64,000 nt of DNA, taken from a virus. The stretch lies in the IMG/VR virus record IMGVR_UViG_3300027749_000046; one strand, given 5' to 3'. Positions 45,189-55,299 of this stretch are shown piece after piece. The notes beneath the pieces were generated by a model. It was not told the DNA's origin, did not search any database, and saw only the letters and a program-made list of their open reading frames with translations. Within the stretch, counting starts at the first letter, position 1; each line of letters opens with the position of its first letter. Both the position numbers and the translations under genes were made by a program.

Positions 45189-46594
45189 TACTTAAACCCC
45201 GCAAATTTAGCTTTGTCAAACTTCTTACCCTTCTTGCCTCTCTCTTTATCCTCGTCGCCGAAACCGGTAGAGTCAAATACCGGGCCGTCTAGAAGATCAG
45301 ACTGAGAAGACTGCTCTGTGTCGTACAGTCTCATCCTAGACCTGTCGATACCAATCACGAACCTCCTGTTCATTGCCGGATCATTATAGCGATTCTTGAG
45401 CTGCTTTACCATGAGCTGATTTAAGCCCTGCAGCTCTTCAGTGGAGATAAGTGCGAACATGAAGTCGGCCGTTGCCGGAAGACCAAATGACTCGGATGTG
45501 TCCTCGAGACCGACATCAGAGCTGGAGTAGCCGGTACGAGTAGTCTGAGTTGCAGACATAATCGGAACGTTGAACTCGACGGCTAGGCCGCGGAGCTCCT
45601 CGGCGATGGCCTTGATGTAGGTGTACGAGTTTACGTTAGCACTGAACTTAAGTCGAGAAGACATGCAGATATTAAGGTAGTCGATATAGATAATATCCGG
45701 CGTGAAGTTCTTCTTGAGCTTGAGCTCGTTGAGTAGATGCCTGAAGTTGGCAGAGCCAGCTGAGGCAGTTGGGTACTCCTTGATGATCAGCTTGCCGACC
45801 GTCTTAGACCTTACCTTCTCTACTTTCTTGTCGTATAGATCCCTTGGTAGCAGCGAGAGCTCGTCCATCGTCACATTGAGGAGGTTTGCGTCAATACGCT
45901 TGGCGATCTCCTCCTCGGCCATTTCCATAGTGATGTAGAGCACTCGCTGCCCCTTGGTTAGGTTACCCGCAGCGCAGTGGCCCATGAAGAGCGACTTGCC
46001 GACGCCAGTGCCCGCGAGTGCAATGTTGAGCGTCTTGTTGGGTAACCCGCCGTTCGTGATCTGATTGAAGTAATCAAGATCGAACGGAACTCTGTTTAGT
46101 TTTTGGTGGTAGAACTCATATCGACTATCGGCGTCTTCTAGGAAGTCGTGACCGATATGAGTGTCGAAGCTGACGCCGAGTGCGTCGCTCAAGATCTGCG
46201 GGATAGCTCCAGCAGACTGCTTTCCAGTCTTGTCATCCAAGATCTGAATTGAGTTCATGATCGCGTTGTAGACCGCCTTGTCCTTGCAGAAGTTCTCTGT
46301 TTGGTCTAGAAGCCAGTTCATGCTAGACTGCTCAGATGTCTCGTAAGAGTCGATCTTATCCTGAGCCATCTTGTGCTGTGAGTCGCTTAGTCCACCGACC
46401 TTATTGGACATGTCGATGGATAGAGCTTCCTTTGTCGGGAAGCTGTTGTACTTGTTTACATAGTCATTGATAGTCTCAAAGATGATCTTATCAGTATGGT
46501 CAAGAAAGTACTCCGGTTTTAAGAACGGAATTACTTTCCTGCCGTACTCTTCATTATGTATAAGATTACTAAAGATAATCTTTTCAATCGACAT
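45188..46594 (-). CDS. gp41: Replicative DNA helicase gp41
   Basis: AGTGVGKS, IKEYPT, IDYLNI, AEELRG, SESFGLPATAD, KQLKNRY motifs. Confidence 0.97.
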   Translation of the reverse strand: MSIEKIIFSNLIHNEEYGRKVIPFLKPEYFLDHTDKIIFETINDYVNKYNSFPTKEALSIDMSNKVGGLSDSQHKMAQDKIDSYETSEQSSMNWLLDQTENFCKDKAVYNAIMNSIQILDDKTGKQSAGAIPQILSDALGVSFDTHIGHDFLEDADSRYEFYHQKLNRVPFDLDYFNQITNGGLPNKTLNIALAGTGVGKSLFMGHCAAGNLTKGQRVLYITMEMAEEEIAKRIDANLLNVTMDELSLLPRDLYDKKVEKVRSKTVGKLIIKEYPTASAGSANFRHLLNELKLKKNFTPDIIYIDYLNICMSSRLKFSANVNSYTYIKAIAEELRGLAVEFNVPIMSATQTTRTGYSSSDVGLEDTSESFGLPATADFMFALISTEELQGLNQLMVKQLKNRYNDPAMNRRFVIGIDRSRMRLYDTEQSSQSDLLDGPVFDSTGFGDEDKERGKKGKKFDKAKFAGFK

Positions 46595-47670
46595 TAATTA
46601 GCCTCTTCTTCGTGTACCTCACCGGTCTCCGGGTCGTACTCAACCGGTTCATCACCGGTACCATACCTGAACTCTTTGTTGGCGGCCGCCTCGAGTTGCG
46701 CCATCACTACTTCAGTGAAGTACTTCTCAGGATTATCGTTGATAGTCTTACCGAACACCTTAGTTCCGTCTGGCATCTCGAAGCGAGTGCTTACCTTCTT
46801 GAAGATACCATGGCGCTCGGCGAGCTCGAGAAGCCCGTAGTAGCGGTCGAGACCATCTTTATACGTGAGGAGTACGTCGACCATCTTATTCTCCTTAGAT
46901 AGTCGAGACTTATACATCTTGACGTGGATGACGTTACCAATAACCTCGTTGCCCTCTTTCTCCTTGCGCTTAGAGAGCATGGCGATAGTTGACGCTGCGT
47001 ACTTGAGACCCGAGCCGCCGGCGATCTCATTGGTCGGGAACATAGATCCCATAGAAGCGTAGACGTGATTGGTGACGATCATCGGCACGCCGACCTTAGC
47101 CAACTTCAGAGTCAAGACGCGGAATGTGGCCTTGATGATCTGGGCCTTCGTCATGTCGCGAGTCTCTTTACCCTCTTGAGTATCTTCCATTTCTTTTGTA
47201 GACGAAAGCAGACCGAGCGAGTCGAGTACGAACATCATCGGCGGGCGATCTTTTTCTTTTGTCTTCTCATAGGACTCGATCATCTTGAGTGCGTGATGGC
47301 GGAACTTCTGGACAGTATCCATCTGAGCGAGAATAACTCGCTGAGTATCAATCCCGCGATCTTCCATCATGGACCGTGTGACAGCCGCCTCGGTGTCGTA
47401 GTAGACTACGCCTGCATTTGGATTTTTATCCAGGAATGACTTTACGATGCCGAGTACGAAGAACGTCTTGCCGGTTGCAGACTCGCCTGCGAACGCAGTG
47501 ATCTTATTGTTGGGCACCCCACCATAGAGACTTCCAGAGAGCACGGCATTGAGGATGTAGCTGCCCGAGTCAATTGTCCCAGAGAACTCTGCCGCGCCCT
47601 TGCCGTCGGCTGCGATTGTGGTGTCTTCATCTTTGATCTGCTCAACTAAATTGCGAAAGAAAGAACTCAT
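46594..47670 (-). CDS. uvsX: RecA-like recombinase UvsX
   Basis: GESATGKT, YDTE, LDSLG, TNHVY, GGSGL-Y motifs. Confidence 0.95.
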   Translation of the reverse strand: MSSFFRNLVEQIKDEDTTIAADGKGAAEFSGTIDSGSYILNAVLSGSLYGGVPNNKITAFAGESATGKTFFVLGIVKSFLDKNPNAGVVYYDTEAAVTRSMMEDRGIDTQRVILAQMDTVQKFRHHALKMIESYEKTKEKDRPPMMFVLDSLGLLSSTKEMEDTQEGKETRDMTKAQIIKATFRVLTLKLAKVGVPMIVTNHVYASMGSMFPTNEIAGGSGLKYAASTIAMLSKRKEKEGNEVIGNVIHVKMYKSRLSKENKMVDVLLTYKDGLDRYYGLLELAERHGIFKKVSTRFEMPDGTKVFGKTINDNPEKYFTEVVMAQLEAAANKEFRYGTGDEPVEYDPETGEVHEEEAN

Positions 47671-47735
47671 GTATACTCCTTATATCTTCGTATTGTTTAA
47701 TATACCACATTAATGAATTATTGTAAACAACTATT

Positions 47736-47942
47736 TTAACCATCTACCACTTTATTCATCTTCTTTATGAAGTCGTCTATCTTCTTAACTCGATCAGGCC
47801 AGACGATCATCTCCTTCTCTGGATTCTTCTTAAGATTATTCAAGAGAGGCATGATCATCTTCCTGAGCTTATCAGCTCTATCGTCATTTGACTTCATGTC
47901 TTCTTCTGTGGCAAATGAAAAGCCAAAGTCATCTTCTTCCAT
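47736..47942 (-). CDS. Hypothetical protein
   Basis: DFGFS and PLL-NL-NPEK-I-WP-R motifs. Confidence 0.7.
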   Translation of the reverse strand: MEEDDFGFSFATEEDMKSNDDRADKLRKMIMPLLNNLKKNPEKEMIVWPDRVKKIDDFIKKMNKVVDG

Positions 47943-47952
47943 AGTACTATCC

Positions 47953-50460
47953 TCAGCTAAAGAAATCTTCTAGTGTTGATCTGTTCTCAGTGTCCCAGCC
48001 GATAACGTCTAAGATAGACCTCAATGGCTCTAGGAATGCCTTGTCGAACTGCATGTCGCGATCGATGAACTGATTTAGATTGAACTCATCTGGCATCTCA
48101 TCTGGAACGGCGATAACAGTATCGTGAATGGGATTAGGCATCTTGAGATACGCGAACCTAACCTTGTCGCCATCGGAGATCGGCTGGTATTTGTTGCCGA
48201 ATTTCTCAATGAGCTTATTATATATGAGAGCGCCCTTCACCTGAATTGGTGTGCCCTTCTTGTAGATCTGTGATGAGTCGCGATACTTTCGCATGTTCTT
48301 GATGCCGCGCGGGAAAGCCACCTGCTCGAAGGGAAGCGAATGAAACTCATCGCGAAACTTATTGATGTACTGGATAACAGACTCCTGATCTGTATCCATG
48401 ATAAGCGTGATACCCTTCTTAAGTGCAACGCGAACCGCAGCTGGTGTCGATGATCTAACTGACGCGATGCCCATTACCTTGAGCTTTGGCTCTGAGTAGC
48501 GGACGCCCTCATTATCCCAGACGTTTAGCATGTACATCTTCTTTGCGATCCATATACCCTTGTTGGCAATAGACTCGCGCTTCATCGTCATCTTCTGCTG
48601 GTATGCACCCATCATTTCAGCGAGCTCTTGATAGCACCTATCCATATAGGGTTGGATCTTTGCCTCGATGAATTTATCGAGCGCGTCTACTATAACCGAG
48701 TCCTCGCCACCGTTTGGATATACAGCGCTGACTACTCTCTCCATGTTGACGTAGATCGAGTCGGTGTCAGATGCGATGACATAGTCCTCGTCTGTCTTTA
48801 GCATCTTATTGAGATACTCATTGATCTTCTTCTCGATCCAGCGAATAGAAAGCTGTCCCGACTTGGTGATGGCCTCTGCGTGGTCGAAGTTAAACCAACG
48901 AAAGTACTGGTTGCCTAGCGCGCCGTAAGCCGAGTTCAGCTGGATCTTCTTGGCTAACTGCAGGTTGTGGTATCGTGCGATGTCATTCTCATCTTTCTTA
49001 GACTTTGTTGTCTCATATCTCTTCTTTGCGTCGAGCATGAGGTTCTTGTACTTTGCGCGATCATTGTACATCTTCTCCATCAGCTCGGGCAGGAATCCCT
49101 GCTTGTCCTTTCGATAGACACAGCCGTTTGCGGCGTAAGACCAGTCGTGTCGACGATCGGGATGAAGATCACTCTTGGAAAGAAGTTTATCAACGGAATC
49201 AAAGCCGTCGATCTTCTTGATGAATGTCTCTGGACTGATGTTGTACTGCATGATCAAGTGCGGGTACAGCGAGTTCAAATCGAAAGACGCAACCCACTTG
49301 TGCATGCCGATCTGCGGGTCCTTGACGTGACCGCCGACAAGCTCAAAGTCAGAGTCGCCCGGCTTGAACTGATGTATGACTATCTTCTTGCTCATCAGAT
49401 AGTTGTGGATGATGACATCCCATGGTCGCACGGTGGTCAGCACGTCTACGTAGTTGACCTTGGCGTCGTAGGCCAGAGCAAACACCTGCTTGATTAACCC
49501 GAGCTTCTCCTCGAGTCGGTCGACGAGCTCTACGTCCTTGATGTTGTAGTCGATGAACAGCTCGAAGTTCTTCTCATATAGATCATTAAGCGATCCATAC
49601 TCAGAGTAGTCGACTTTCTTCTCTCCGAGCTCGGTAAACGCAATGTGATCGAGCTTGTATGACTCTTGGTTCGTGAATGAGAACTTCTTGTAGAGCTGGA
49701 GATAGTCGAGCACTGCTATGCCGACAAGATCATAGACGATATCAACCCTGTTCTCGACTGACTTACCGCCCGACTTACCTCGAGTGATCTCGCGCTCATA
49801 GACGACACCCCAAGGAGACATCATCTTAACGTCTTTCTCACCGAGGATACTGCGGATGCGATTAACGAGATAAGGAATATCAAACATCTCGATATTCCAG
49901 CCTGTTATAACATCTGGCTTCCAGTCATCGTGATTCCATATAGTAAGGAACTTATTGAGAAGATCTTTCTCATCCTTGCACATGAAGTACTGAACGTTGG
50001 GTGACTTTGACTTATAGAAGCGCTGACCTAGGACGATCTTTCGGCCGTTCTTAGATACCGTTATAGCGGTGATCTCTTTGTCAGCAGTTGCTATATTTGG
50101 AAAGCTTCCGCTCGAGTCAGTCTCGATGTCGATGCTCACGACTGATACGAGAGACGCGTCGTACTCTACTTCGCCTGGATACTCATCATTAAGAAATACG
50201 TACTGAAAGTTGTTGAGCCCGTAGATCTTCTTTCCAGAAGTATCCTTGAACATGCTCAGGTATTCTTTTGCGGCGTTGATACTGTCGAACGGTATCTTAG
50301 ATACAGACTTGCCGTCGAGAGTATGGTACTCAGATGGCTTGCCTGTGGCCTCAAAAAGATACGGCCTAAACTCAACGGTCTCTTGGATCTTACGACCCTC
50401 GTAGTAACCCTTGAGATAGACCGTGTTCTTTCTGATATGCACGTGCGTATAGAAGTTCAT
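47953..50460 (-). CDS. gp43: Family B DNA polymerase gp43
   Basis: DIET, GWN-FDIPY, SFDLNSLYP, KIQLNSAYG, SDTDS motifs; C-terminal TLEDFF clamp-binding motif. Confidence 0.98.
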   Translation of the reverse strand: MNFYTHVHIRKNTVYLKGYYEGRKIQETVEFRPYLFEATGKPSEYHTLDGKSVSKIPFDSINAAKEYLSMFKDTSGKKIYGLNNFQYVFLNDEYPGEVEYDASLVSVVSIDIETDSSGSFPNIATADKEITAITVSKNGRKIVLGQRFYKSKSPNVQYFMCKDEKDLLNKFLTIWNHDDWKPDVITGWNIEMFDIPYLVNRIRSILGEKDVKMMSPWGVVYEREITRGKSGGKSVENRVDIVYDLVGIAVLDYLQLYKKFSFTNQESYKLDHIAFTELGEKKVDYSEYGSLNDLYEKNFELFIDYNIKDVELVDRLEEKLGLIKQVFALAYDAKVNYVDVLTTVRPWDVIIHNYLMSKKIVIHQFKPGDSDFELVGGHVKDPQIGMHKWVASFDLNSLYPHLIMQYNISPETFIKKIDGFDSVDKLLSKSDLHPDRRHDWSYAANGCVYRKDKQGFLPELMEKMYNDRAKYKNLMLDAKKRYETTKSKKDENDIARYHNLQLAKKIQLNSAYGALGNQYFRWFNFDHAEAITKSGQLSIRWIEKKINEYLNKMLKTDEDYVIASDTDSIYVNMERVVSAVYPNGGEDSVIVDALDKFIEAKIQPYMDRCYQELAEMMGAYQQKMTMKRESIANKGIWIAKKMYMLNVWDNEGVRYSEPKLKVMGIASVRSSTPAAVRVALKKGITLIMDTDQESVIQYINKFRDEFHSLPFEQVAFPRGIKNMRKYRDSSQIYKKGTPIQVKGALIYNKLIEKFGNKYQPISDGDKVRFAYLKMPNPIHDTVIAVPDEMPDEFNLNQFIDRDMQFDKAFLEPLRSILDVIGWDTENRSTLEDFFS

Positions 50461-50512
50461 GTATGCTCCACTTATAACTCATTGTATAGTATAACACATT
50501 CTAGAATACTTG

Positions 50513-51124
50513 TCAACCCAATAGTGATAGAGCTTTCTCATAGTGTCTCGTGCGATCTTCTAGTCCGATTGTTCCGCCGTTTACTTTCTTAGTGCAGCCA
50601 ACAATATCGCCTGCGTCTGCGAGGTCGTTGAGATGACGCGTATTCCAGAACCATGCGGCCGACATAGCAGCGCCGTCTGGAGTCTCGAGGTACTGTACTG
50701 CCTCATCGAGAGACATACCCACGCCGTCTGCAAAGTGCTGGTAGTTATCGTGACCTGTGAGCTGTATCAAGCCGCGACCGCGATAGCGATATCCATCACC
50801 AGAATCTTCATCCCCATTACCCATGCGATTTGCATAGACCCTGTTGGCGATCTTCTCCGGCTGGTGCGCGTAGTCACTAGGATCTGCATCGCGGAAGTAC
50901 TTAGGAAAGATCTTAGTGAGACCTTCTGCCTTGTAGTTTAAGTTCTCATGAACGACGTTGAGTCCGCCTGACTCGTGACCGACCTGCGCGATAAACATAG
51001 CTACCCTGCTGGTGTTGTTGATATCAAATTTCTCGCATGCGTTATTCAGTGGCTCAATATAGCTCTCTAGTATATTATCGTGCGTGGCGGGAAAAAGAGA
51101 GCTGAGCAGTTCTTTAGTTATCAT
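50513..51124 (-). CDS. GH19 endolysin
   Basis: FIAQVGHES, ENLNY, YRGRGLIQLTG, VNGG-GL-DR motifs. Confidence 0.92.
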   Translation of the reverse strand: MITKELLSSLFPATHDNILESYIEPLNNACEKFDINNTSRVAMFIAQVGHESGGLNVVHENLNYKAEGLTKIFPKYFRDADPSDYAHQPEKIANRVYANRMGNGDEDSGDGYRYRGRGLIQLTGHDNYQHFADGVGMSLDEAVQYLETPDGAAMSAAWFWNTRHLNDLADAGDIVGCTKKVNGGTIGLEDRTRHYEKALSLLG

Positions 51125-51138
51125 TTGGATCTCCTAGC

Positions 51139-51163
51139 AAAATAGGGGGGAAATTCCCCCCTA
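51139..51163 (-). terminator. Rho-independent terminator of the hsp20 operon
   Basis: TAGGGGGG-AATTT-CCCCCCTA-TTTT. Confidence 0.8.
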
Positions 51164-51212
51164 AGTTATTTACCGTTAATTATTACGAGTTCGTCTACAG
51201 TATAGGGCCACA

Positions 51213-51371
51213 TTATCTTGTGATCTCAAGTGCAATCCTGTGGATATCACAGCGATTGATTCCTAAGTCATTGAGTTCTCTATCGTTAAGATAGCTCAAC
51301 TCGCGAATGGTCTTCCTCTTTCGCTCTTGGCGATTAAGCCATGAGGTGACGTTCTCTATTAGCTTGGACAT
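51213..51371 (-). CDS. DUF1127 (YjiS-like) small protein (not in the ORF track)
   Basis: MSKLIENVTSWLNRQERKRKTIRELSYLNDRELNDLGINRCDIHRIALEITR. Confidence 0.88.
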   Translation of the reverse strand: MSKLIENVTSWLNRQERKRKTIRELSYLNDRELNDLGINRCDIHRIALEITR

Positions 51372-51373
51372 TA

Positions 51374-51910
51374 TTACTTTCCCTCGGCTAGAAACTGCTT
51401 TGTATCTCTGGCTGTCTTTGGCTCGACAGTATCTTCAATATTGATTTTCTTTGGTTTCTTATCTTCAGGAATAATATGCTCAAGCCAAATCTTGAGAAGA
51501 CCATTTGTCAGCGCTGCATTGTTGATTACGACGTTATCAGCGAGAGTAAATGTGCGGGTAAATGGGCGATCAGAGATTCCCTTGTGGATGAATGTCTGGT
51601 TAATTCCATCTGCGACTAGAGTATCGACTGTGGTGCTGCCGTTGATGATGAGCTTGTTCTCCTCGAGTGTCATCTCAAGGTCCTGCTTTCCAAATCCAGC
51701 AACTGCCATCTCGATAACATAGACGTTATCATCAGTCTTCTTTAAGTTGAAGGGGGGATAAGCTGAGTTAACAGCGGTGTTAGCCATCTGCGCGGCTGTC
51801 TCGTTGAACTGCTTGGCGAACTTATCTACGCCAACGTAGTACTTCTCTGAGAACTTGAAGAAATCGTCGAAAGTTTTTGAGTCGACGTTGAATGTATTCC
51901 ATTTTGTCAT
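51374..51910 (-). CDS. Small heat-shock protein Hsp20 (IbpA-like)
   Basis: YPPFNL, IEMAVAGF, HKGIS-R-F-RTF-LA, A-L-NGLL-I-L-IPE motifs. Confidence 0.95.
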   Translation of the reverse strand: MTKWNTFNVDSKTFDDFFKFSEKYYVGVDKFAKQFNETAAQMANTAVNSAYPPFNLKKTDDNVYVIEMAVAGFGKQDLEMTLEENKLIINGSTTVDTLVADGINQTFIHKGISDRPFTRTFTLADNVVINNAALTNGLLKIWLEHIIPEDKKPKKINIEDTVEPKTARDTKQFLAEGK

Positions 51911-51972
51911 TTAAGACCTCCTGTTAGGCAAGGTTGATGTATAGTGAGCCCCTAGTGGCAGCCCACGTATAC
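51911..51972 (-). promoter_or_regulatory. ROSE-like RNA thermometer candidate in the hsp20 leader
   Basis: Upstream hairpin GTGGGC/GCTCAC, then ACCTTGCCT-AAC-AGGAGGT pairing the SD with a bulged G. Confidence 0.55.
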
Positions 51973-52006
51973 TATATATGCACTGAGACCTACTTTGTCA
52001 ATAGGC

Positions 52007-52219
52007 TCAGTGCAACTTTTTTCTGAATGTCTCTGCAGCAACGCAGTAGACATTCCTAGCGTCGATATCCCACAGGAATATAGGAGTCATCTCTGCCTCT
52101 CTATACTCACTCGCCACACCAAGAATATTAGAGAACGCGTTATTTCCTCCAAACTGCTCTGCAGCCTGTATGATTATCTCTTCGTCTACAACCTGGATGT
52201 TTCTTACCGTAGGTGTCAT
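52007..52219 (-). CDS. Hypothetical protein
   Basis: Start set at MTPTV, just after the upstream stop. Confidence 0.5.
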   Translation of the reverse strand: MTPTVRNIQVVDEEIIIQAAEQFGGNNAFSNILGVASEYREAEMTPIFLWDIDARNVYCVAAETFRKKLH

Positions 52220-52223
52220 AAGC

Positions 52224-52841
52224 TCAGTCCCATAAGCCGCGATAGTACTTTCCAAAGAGCGTGAGCCCGTTGTTGAGTCTATCATTGTACGCCTTATATT
52301 TATCTTGATTGAACTTTCCCATCTCGCGAGCTTCTGCTGCTGACAGAAACGTGTGATTTGATACGACGTCCTCACCATCTTCGTACGGGTCGTAGTACTC
52401 ACTGTGTTCGTCGTCATTGAGAACCTGCTCGTGAGCCCAGATCATCTCGTCTAGAACCCAGCTGAAGCGATCGTGAAATAGCTCGTCTGTATCCCACTCA
52501 TTTTCCTTAGGCGGCGCGGCGGAGCTCCTGAGGTGCTCGGGAACGTCCTCGTCGTCTACAAAAGGCGAGCCGTGCTTCTTCTCCTTGAGTAGCTTGAGCA
52601 TGGGTAGGGCTATGAGAGAAAGAGTGTGCTCCATCGACCATATGTCGTAGTTATCGATGCGAATATCGACCTTGCGCTTTTTCTTGCTATCTACCCACTG
52701 ACACAAGTCGCTTACCCACGTGTCTGCCAGCCACTCGCCGATGAGATGACAGCGATCCTCGTTGACTCCGACGCGCTGCAGGAGATCGGCGAGCTGATAC
52801 GGACCCCACCAAGTTCTATATGGACCGATATTAACTCTCAT
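52224..52841 (-). CDS. Conserved phage hypothetical protein
   Basis: MRVNIGPY, ID-YDIWSM-HTL, HGSP-VD-EDVP, LFGKYY-LWD motifs. Confidence 0.8.
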   Translation of the reverse strand: MRVNIGPYRTWWGPYQLADLLQRVGVNEDRCHLIGEWLADTWVSDLCQWVDSKKKRKVDIRIDNYDIWSMEHTLSLIALPMLKLLKEKKHGSPFVDDEDVPEHLRSSAAPPKENEWDTDELFHDRFSWVLDEMIWAHEQVLNDDEHSEYYDPYEDGEDVVSNHTFLSAAEAREMGKFNQDKYKAYNDRLNNGLTLFGKYYRGLWD

Positions 52842-53034
52842 CGCTGGACTCTTCTGTCTCAGCAGGAGACGCGTAGTATACTCCGTCCTGCGCGTAGTAC
52901 TTGTTTTCCTCGACTGCCTTCTCGAGGATAGAGACGATACCATAGCGAAGCAGCGCGTTCTTTTCATCTTCAGTGAAGTCAAAGGTGAATACACCCGAGC
53001 CGTCTTCTTTCTCTTCTACGAATTCTACTTTCAT
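52831..53034 (-). CDS. Hypothetical protein
   Basis: E-EDGS motif; RBS GGAG. Confidence 0.6.
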   Translation of the reverse strand: MKVEFVEEKEDGSGVFTFDFTEDEKNALLRYGIVSILEKAVEENKYYAQDGVYYASPAETEESSDES

Positions 53035-53044
53035 TTTTAACTCC

Positions 53045-53052
53045 TATAAATA
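53045..53052 (+). promoter_or_regulatory. T4-type late promoter for the spanin genes
   Basis: Exact TATAAATA. Confidence 0.75.
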
Positions 53053-53076
53053 CTCATGTTCAACTGGAGGTTTGAT

Positions 53077-53436
53077 ATGTTTGGTCTTTCTAGAATACCC
53101 ATGTACATCGCCGCTTTCTTTCTAGTAAGCGGGCTAGTCACTGGGATGTACTACAGCTGGAAGCACAGCGTAGAGCAGCAGGCTCTACTTGAGTTCAACC
53201 AGAAACAACTCGAGCAGGTCATAAAGGACCAACAGGACTTTCAGAGCAAGATGTCCGCCGTCGAGGACAAGCAGCGAAGCATAGCAGAGGATCTCACGAA
53301 GCAGAATGACGAGATCAACAGGCAGCTCAAGGACATCAACACGTACCTGAGCTCAGCTGAGGCCAAGAAAGCCGACAGGCCGTCGTCCATCATACTAAAG
53401 AACACTGTCAACCAGATAAGCGGAGCAAAGAAGTGA
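53077..53436 (+). CDS. Inner-membrane spanin (Rz-like)
   Basis: N-terminal TM followed by a coiled coil; GGAGG RBS before MFGLS; overlaps a lipoprotein gene. Confidence 0.75.
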   Translation: MFGLSRIPMYIAAFFLVSGLVTGMYYSWKHSVEQQALLEFNQKQLEQVIKDQQDFQSKMSAVEDKQRSIAEDLTKQNDEINRQLKDINTYLSSAEAKKADRPSSIILKNTVNQISGAKK

Positions 53437-53714
53437 AGAGGCTCTTAGTACTACCCATGCTCGCCCTCACCGCCTGTCAGTCCCTATCACCGACGATAAC
53501 GACGACGAAGCACACCGTAATCCTACCGTCTGAATCTATGTATAACTGCCCCACGGTGGTCTACTACCCCAAGGCGGATACGCTCACTGATATACAGACG
53601 GCGAGACTCATCGTCGACCTGCAGAAGAACAACTCCACCTGCAAGAACAGCATGGGGTCTATCAAGAAGTTCCTAGAAGAATCCAAGAAGACCGTAGAGC
53701 AGGGACCTCAGTAG
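53433..53714 (+). CDS. Outer-membrane lipoprotein spanin (Rz1-like)
   Basis: Lipobox LTAC, Pro/Cys pattern; GTGA overlap with the upstream gene. Confidence 0.78.
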   Translation: MKRLLVLPMLALTACQSLSPTITTTKHTVILPSESMYNCPTVVYYPKADTLTDIQTARLIVDLQKNNSTCKNSMGSIKKFLEESKKTVEQGPQ

Positions 53715-54055
53715 TCGTAGCAGTTCCTACCGGCAGCCGCGGCCTCTGCCGCATCGCGCTCGGCCTCCTCTTTAGTACGGCAGTTGATCTGATCCTCGTC
53801 GATGTACGACGGCCAGTCTTCTAGATTGTCTGTATTGACTATATTGACTATGCCATACGATACAACAGAGCCTAGCTTTGAGAGATTTATGGTCACCTCC
53901 GTGATCTCTTTCTCTCTCACCTTAGGGTAGTACTTATTTTCCTCGCGCCTATACTCCCTGCCGTCTACCTCTATGGTCTCCACGCTGGATACCTTATTGA
54001 CACGTGGTACCCAGAAGCGCTGACCGACGTGGTACTTATACGAGGCCTGCATCAT
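53708..54055 (-). CDS. Hypothetical protein
   Basis: ORF in the early gene array. Confidence 0.6.
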   Translation of the reverse strand: MMQASYKYHVGQRFWVPRVNKVSSVETIEVDGREYRREENKYYPKVREKEITEVTINLSKLGSVVSYGIVNIVNTDNLEDWPSYIDEDQINCRTKEEAERDAAEAAAAGRNCYDY

Positions 54056-54279
54056 ATCGACTCCAGAATTGGCTTGCCGATGAGAAGCTCACCGGACGGT
54101 AGCTTAGACTGGATAGCCATGGCGAACTTAGTCGCCGAGGATACGTCTGGAAACTGACGCGACTTTGTGACGAGCATGCCGTAGAGACTGTGCCTAGGGG
54201 TGGTAACCTTGACGTCCCACTTAACTGCGTACTTATATTCAGACATAATATCCTCCACTGATCATATTAATATTATATA

Positions 54280-54693
54280 TCAACTCGGATTAACTGTCAA
54301 CCTATCATTCACCCTCTGGCGCAAGAACGTAGTGGAGTAGTCGTGCTTCCTCGAGTTGTAGTAGATCTCGATCGGAAGATCCCACCCCGTGAACTCTCGG
54401 CCGCGGTAGTCCTCGCCGATTATTCTTACGTCTATGGGAAGAGCCCTAAGAACGTTCTTGAGGTCGAACTCGGTGTCGTACACGACGATCTCATCGACGT
54501 ACTTTATGGCGCTGAGTTGGGTGTACCTCTCGAACAGACCCTGGATAGGCTTGTTCTTCTCGGGCCTGTCGAGCGTAGGGTCGCTCTGCAGCCCGACTAT
54601 GAGGTAGTCGCACGCGGTCTTAGCCTCCTTTAGCATGAGGACGTGACCCGCGTGGAGCATGTCGAAGCACGAGCAGGTGAACCCGACTCTCAT
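54280..54693 (-). CDS. Glycerol-3-phosphate cytidylyltransferase-like (TagD-like) protein
   Basis: FDMLHAGH, LIVGLQSDP, ER, KYVDE, YSTT motifs. Confidence 0.88.
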   Translation of the reverse strand: MRVGFTCSCFDMLHAGHVLMLKEAKTACDYLIVGLQSDPTLDRPEKNKPIQGLFERYTQLSAIKYVDEIVVYDTEFDLKNVLRALPIDVRIIGEDYRGREFTGWDLPIEIYYNSRKHDYSTTFLRQRVNDRLTVNPS

Positions 54694-54903
54694 GCCACCA
54701 CCTTCTGCCAGTCGAAGATGTAGTACTCCATGATGCCTTCCATGGCAGCGAGGTACTTCCTGTTGTTGGCGAGATCTTCTGCGTCCAGCGCGTCTATATT
54801 CTTCTGGCCCTCCAGCCTATTGATATCGTCCCTGAGACCGCGGTAGTCCTGAATAAGAATCTCACGAAACAGCGCGTCGGCTTTCTCATCGCTAATAGTA
54901 ATA

Positions 54904-55299
54904 TTAAACATCTCTCTTCTCCATGTGATCACGGCAGGTGTGCCTATATCCCTCATCTGACGGCCAGCCGCAGCTCGCCGACTTAAAGCAGTCCGGCTCG
55001 TCGCACAGTCCGACGAGGTCCTTCATATCGCTGATCTTCTTGTCCCTGACGCGCTCTCTTATGGCGCCGGCGTTCTTGATGTCGAACTCATTCGTGATGG
55101 TCATGCCGCCGGCCTGATATAAGGGCACGTAGGCGTCCATGTCGAAGCCGAGCCGATCGTATATGAGGTACCTGAACGAACCACCCTCTTCCGCGTGGTC
55201 GACTACGTTCTTCATCACCCAAGCGGTGATCGCGAGGCGGGTGTCGTAGTCCGACTCATCAACGAACTTCTGCGCCCACTCTTCAACTTCATTCTTCAT
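54904..55299 (-). CDS. Hypothetical protein with a C-terminal Cys cluster
   Basis: GSFRYLIYD and CDEPDC-C-C-H motifs. Confidence 0.65.
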   Translation of the reverse strand: MKNEVEEWAQKFVDESDYDTRLAITAWVMKNVVDHAEEGGSFRYLIYDRLGFDMDAYVPLYQAGGMTITNEFDIKNAGAIRERVRDKKISDMKDLVGLCDEPDCFKSASCGWPSDEGYRHTCRDHMEKRDV

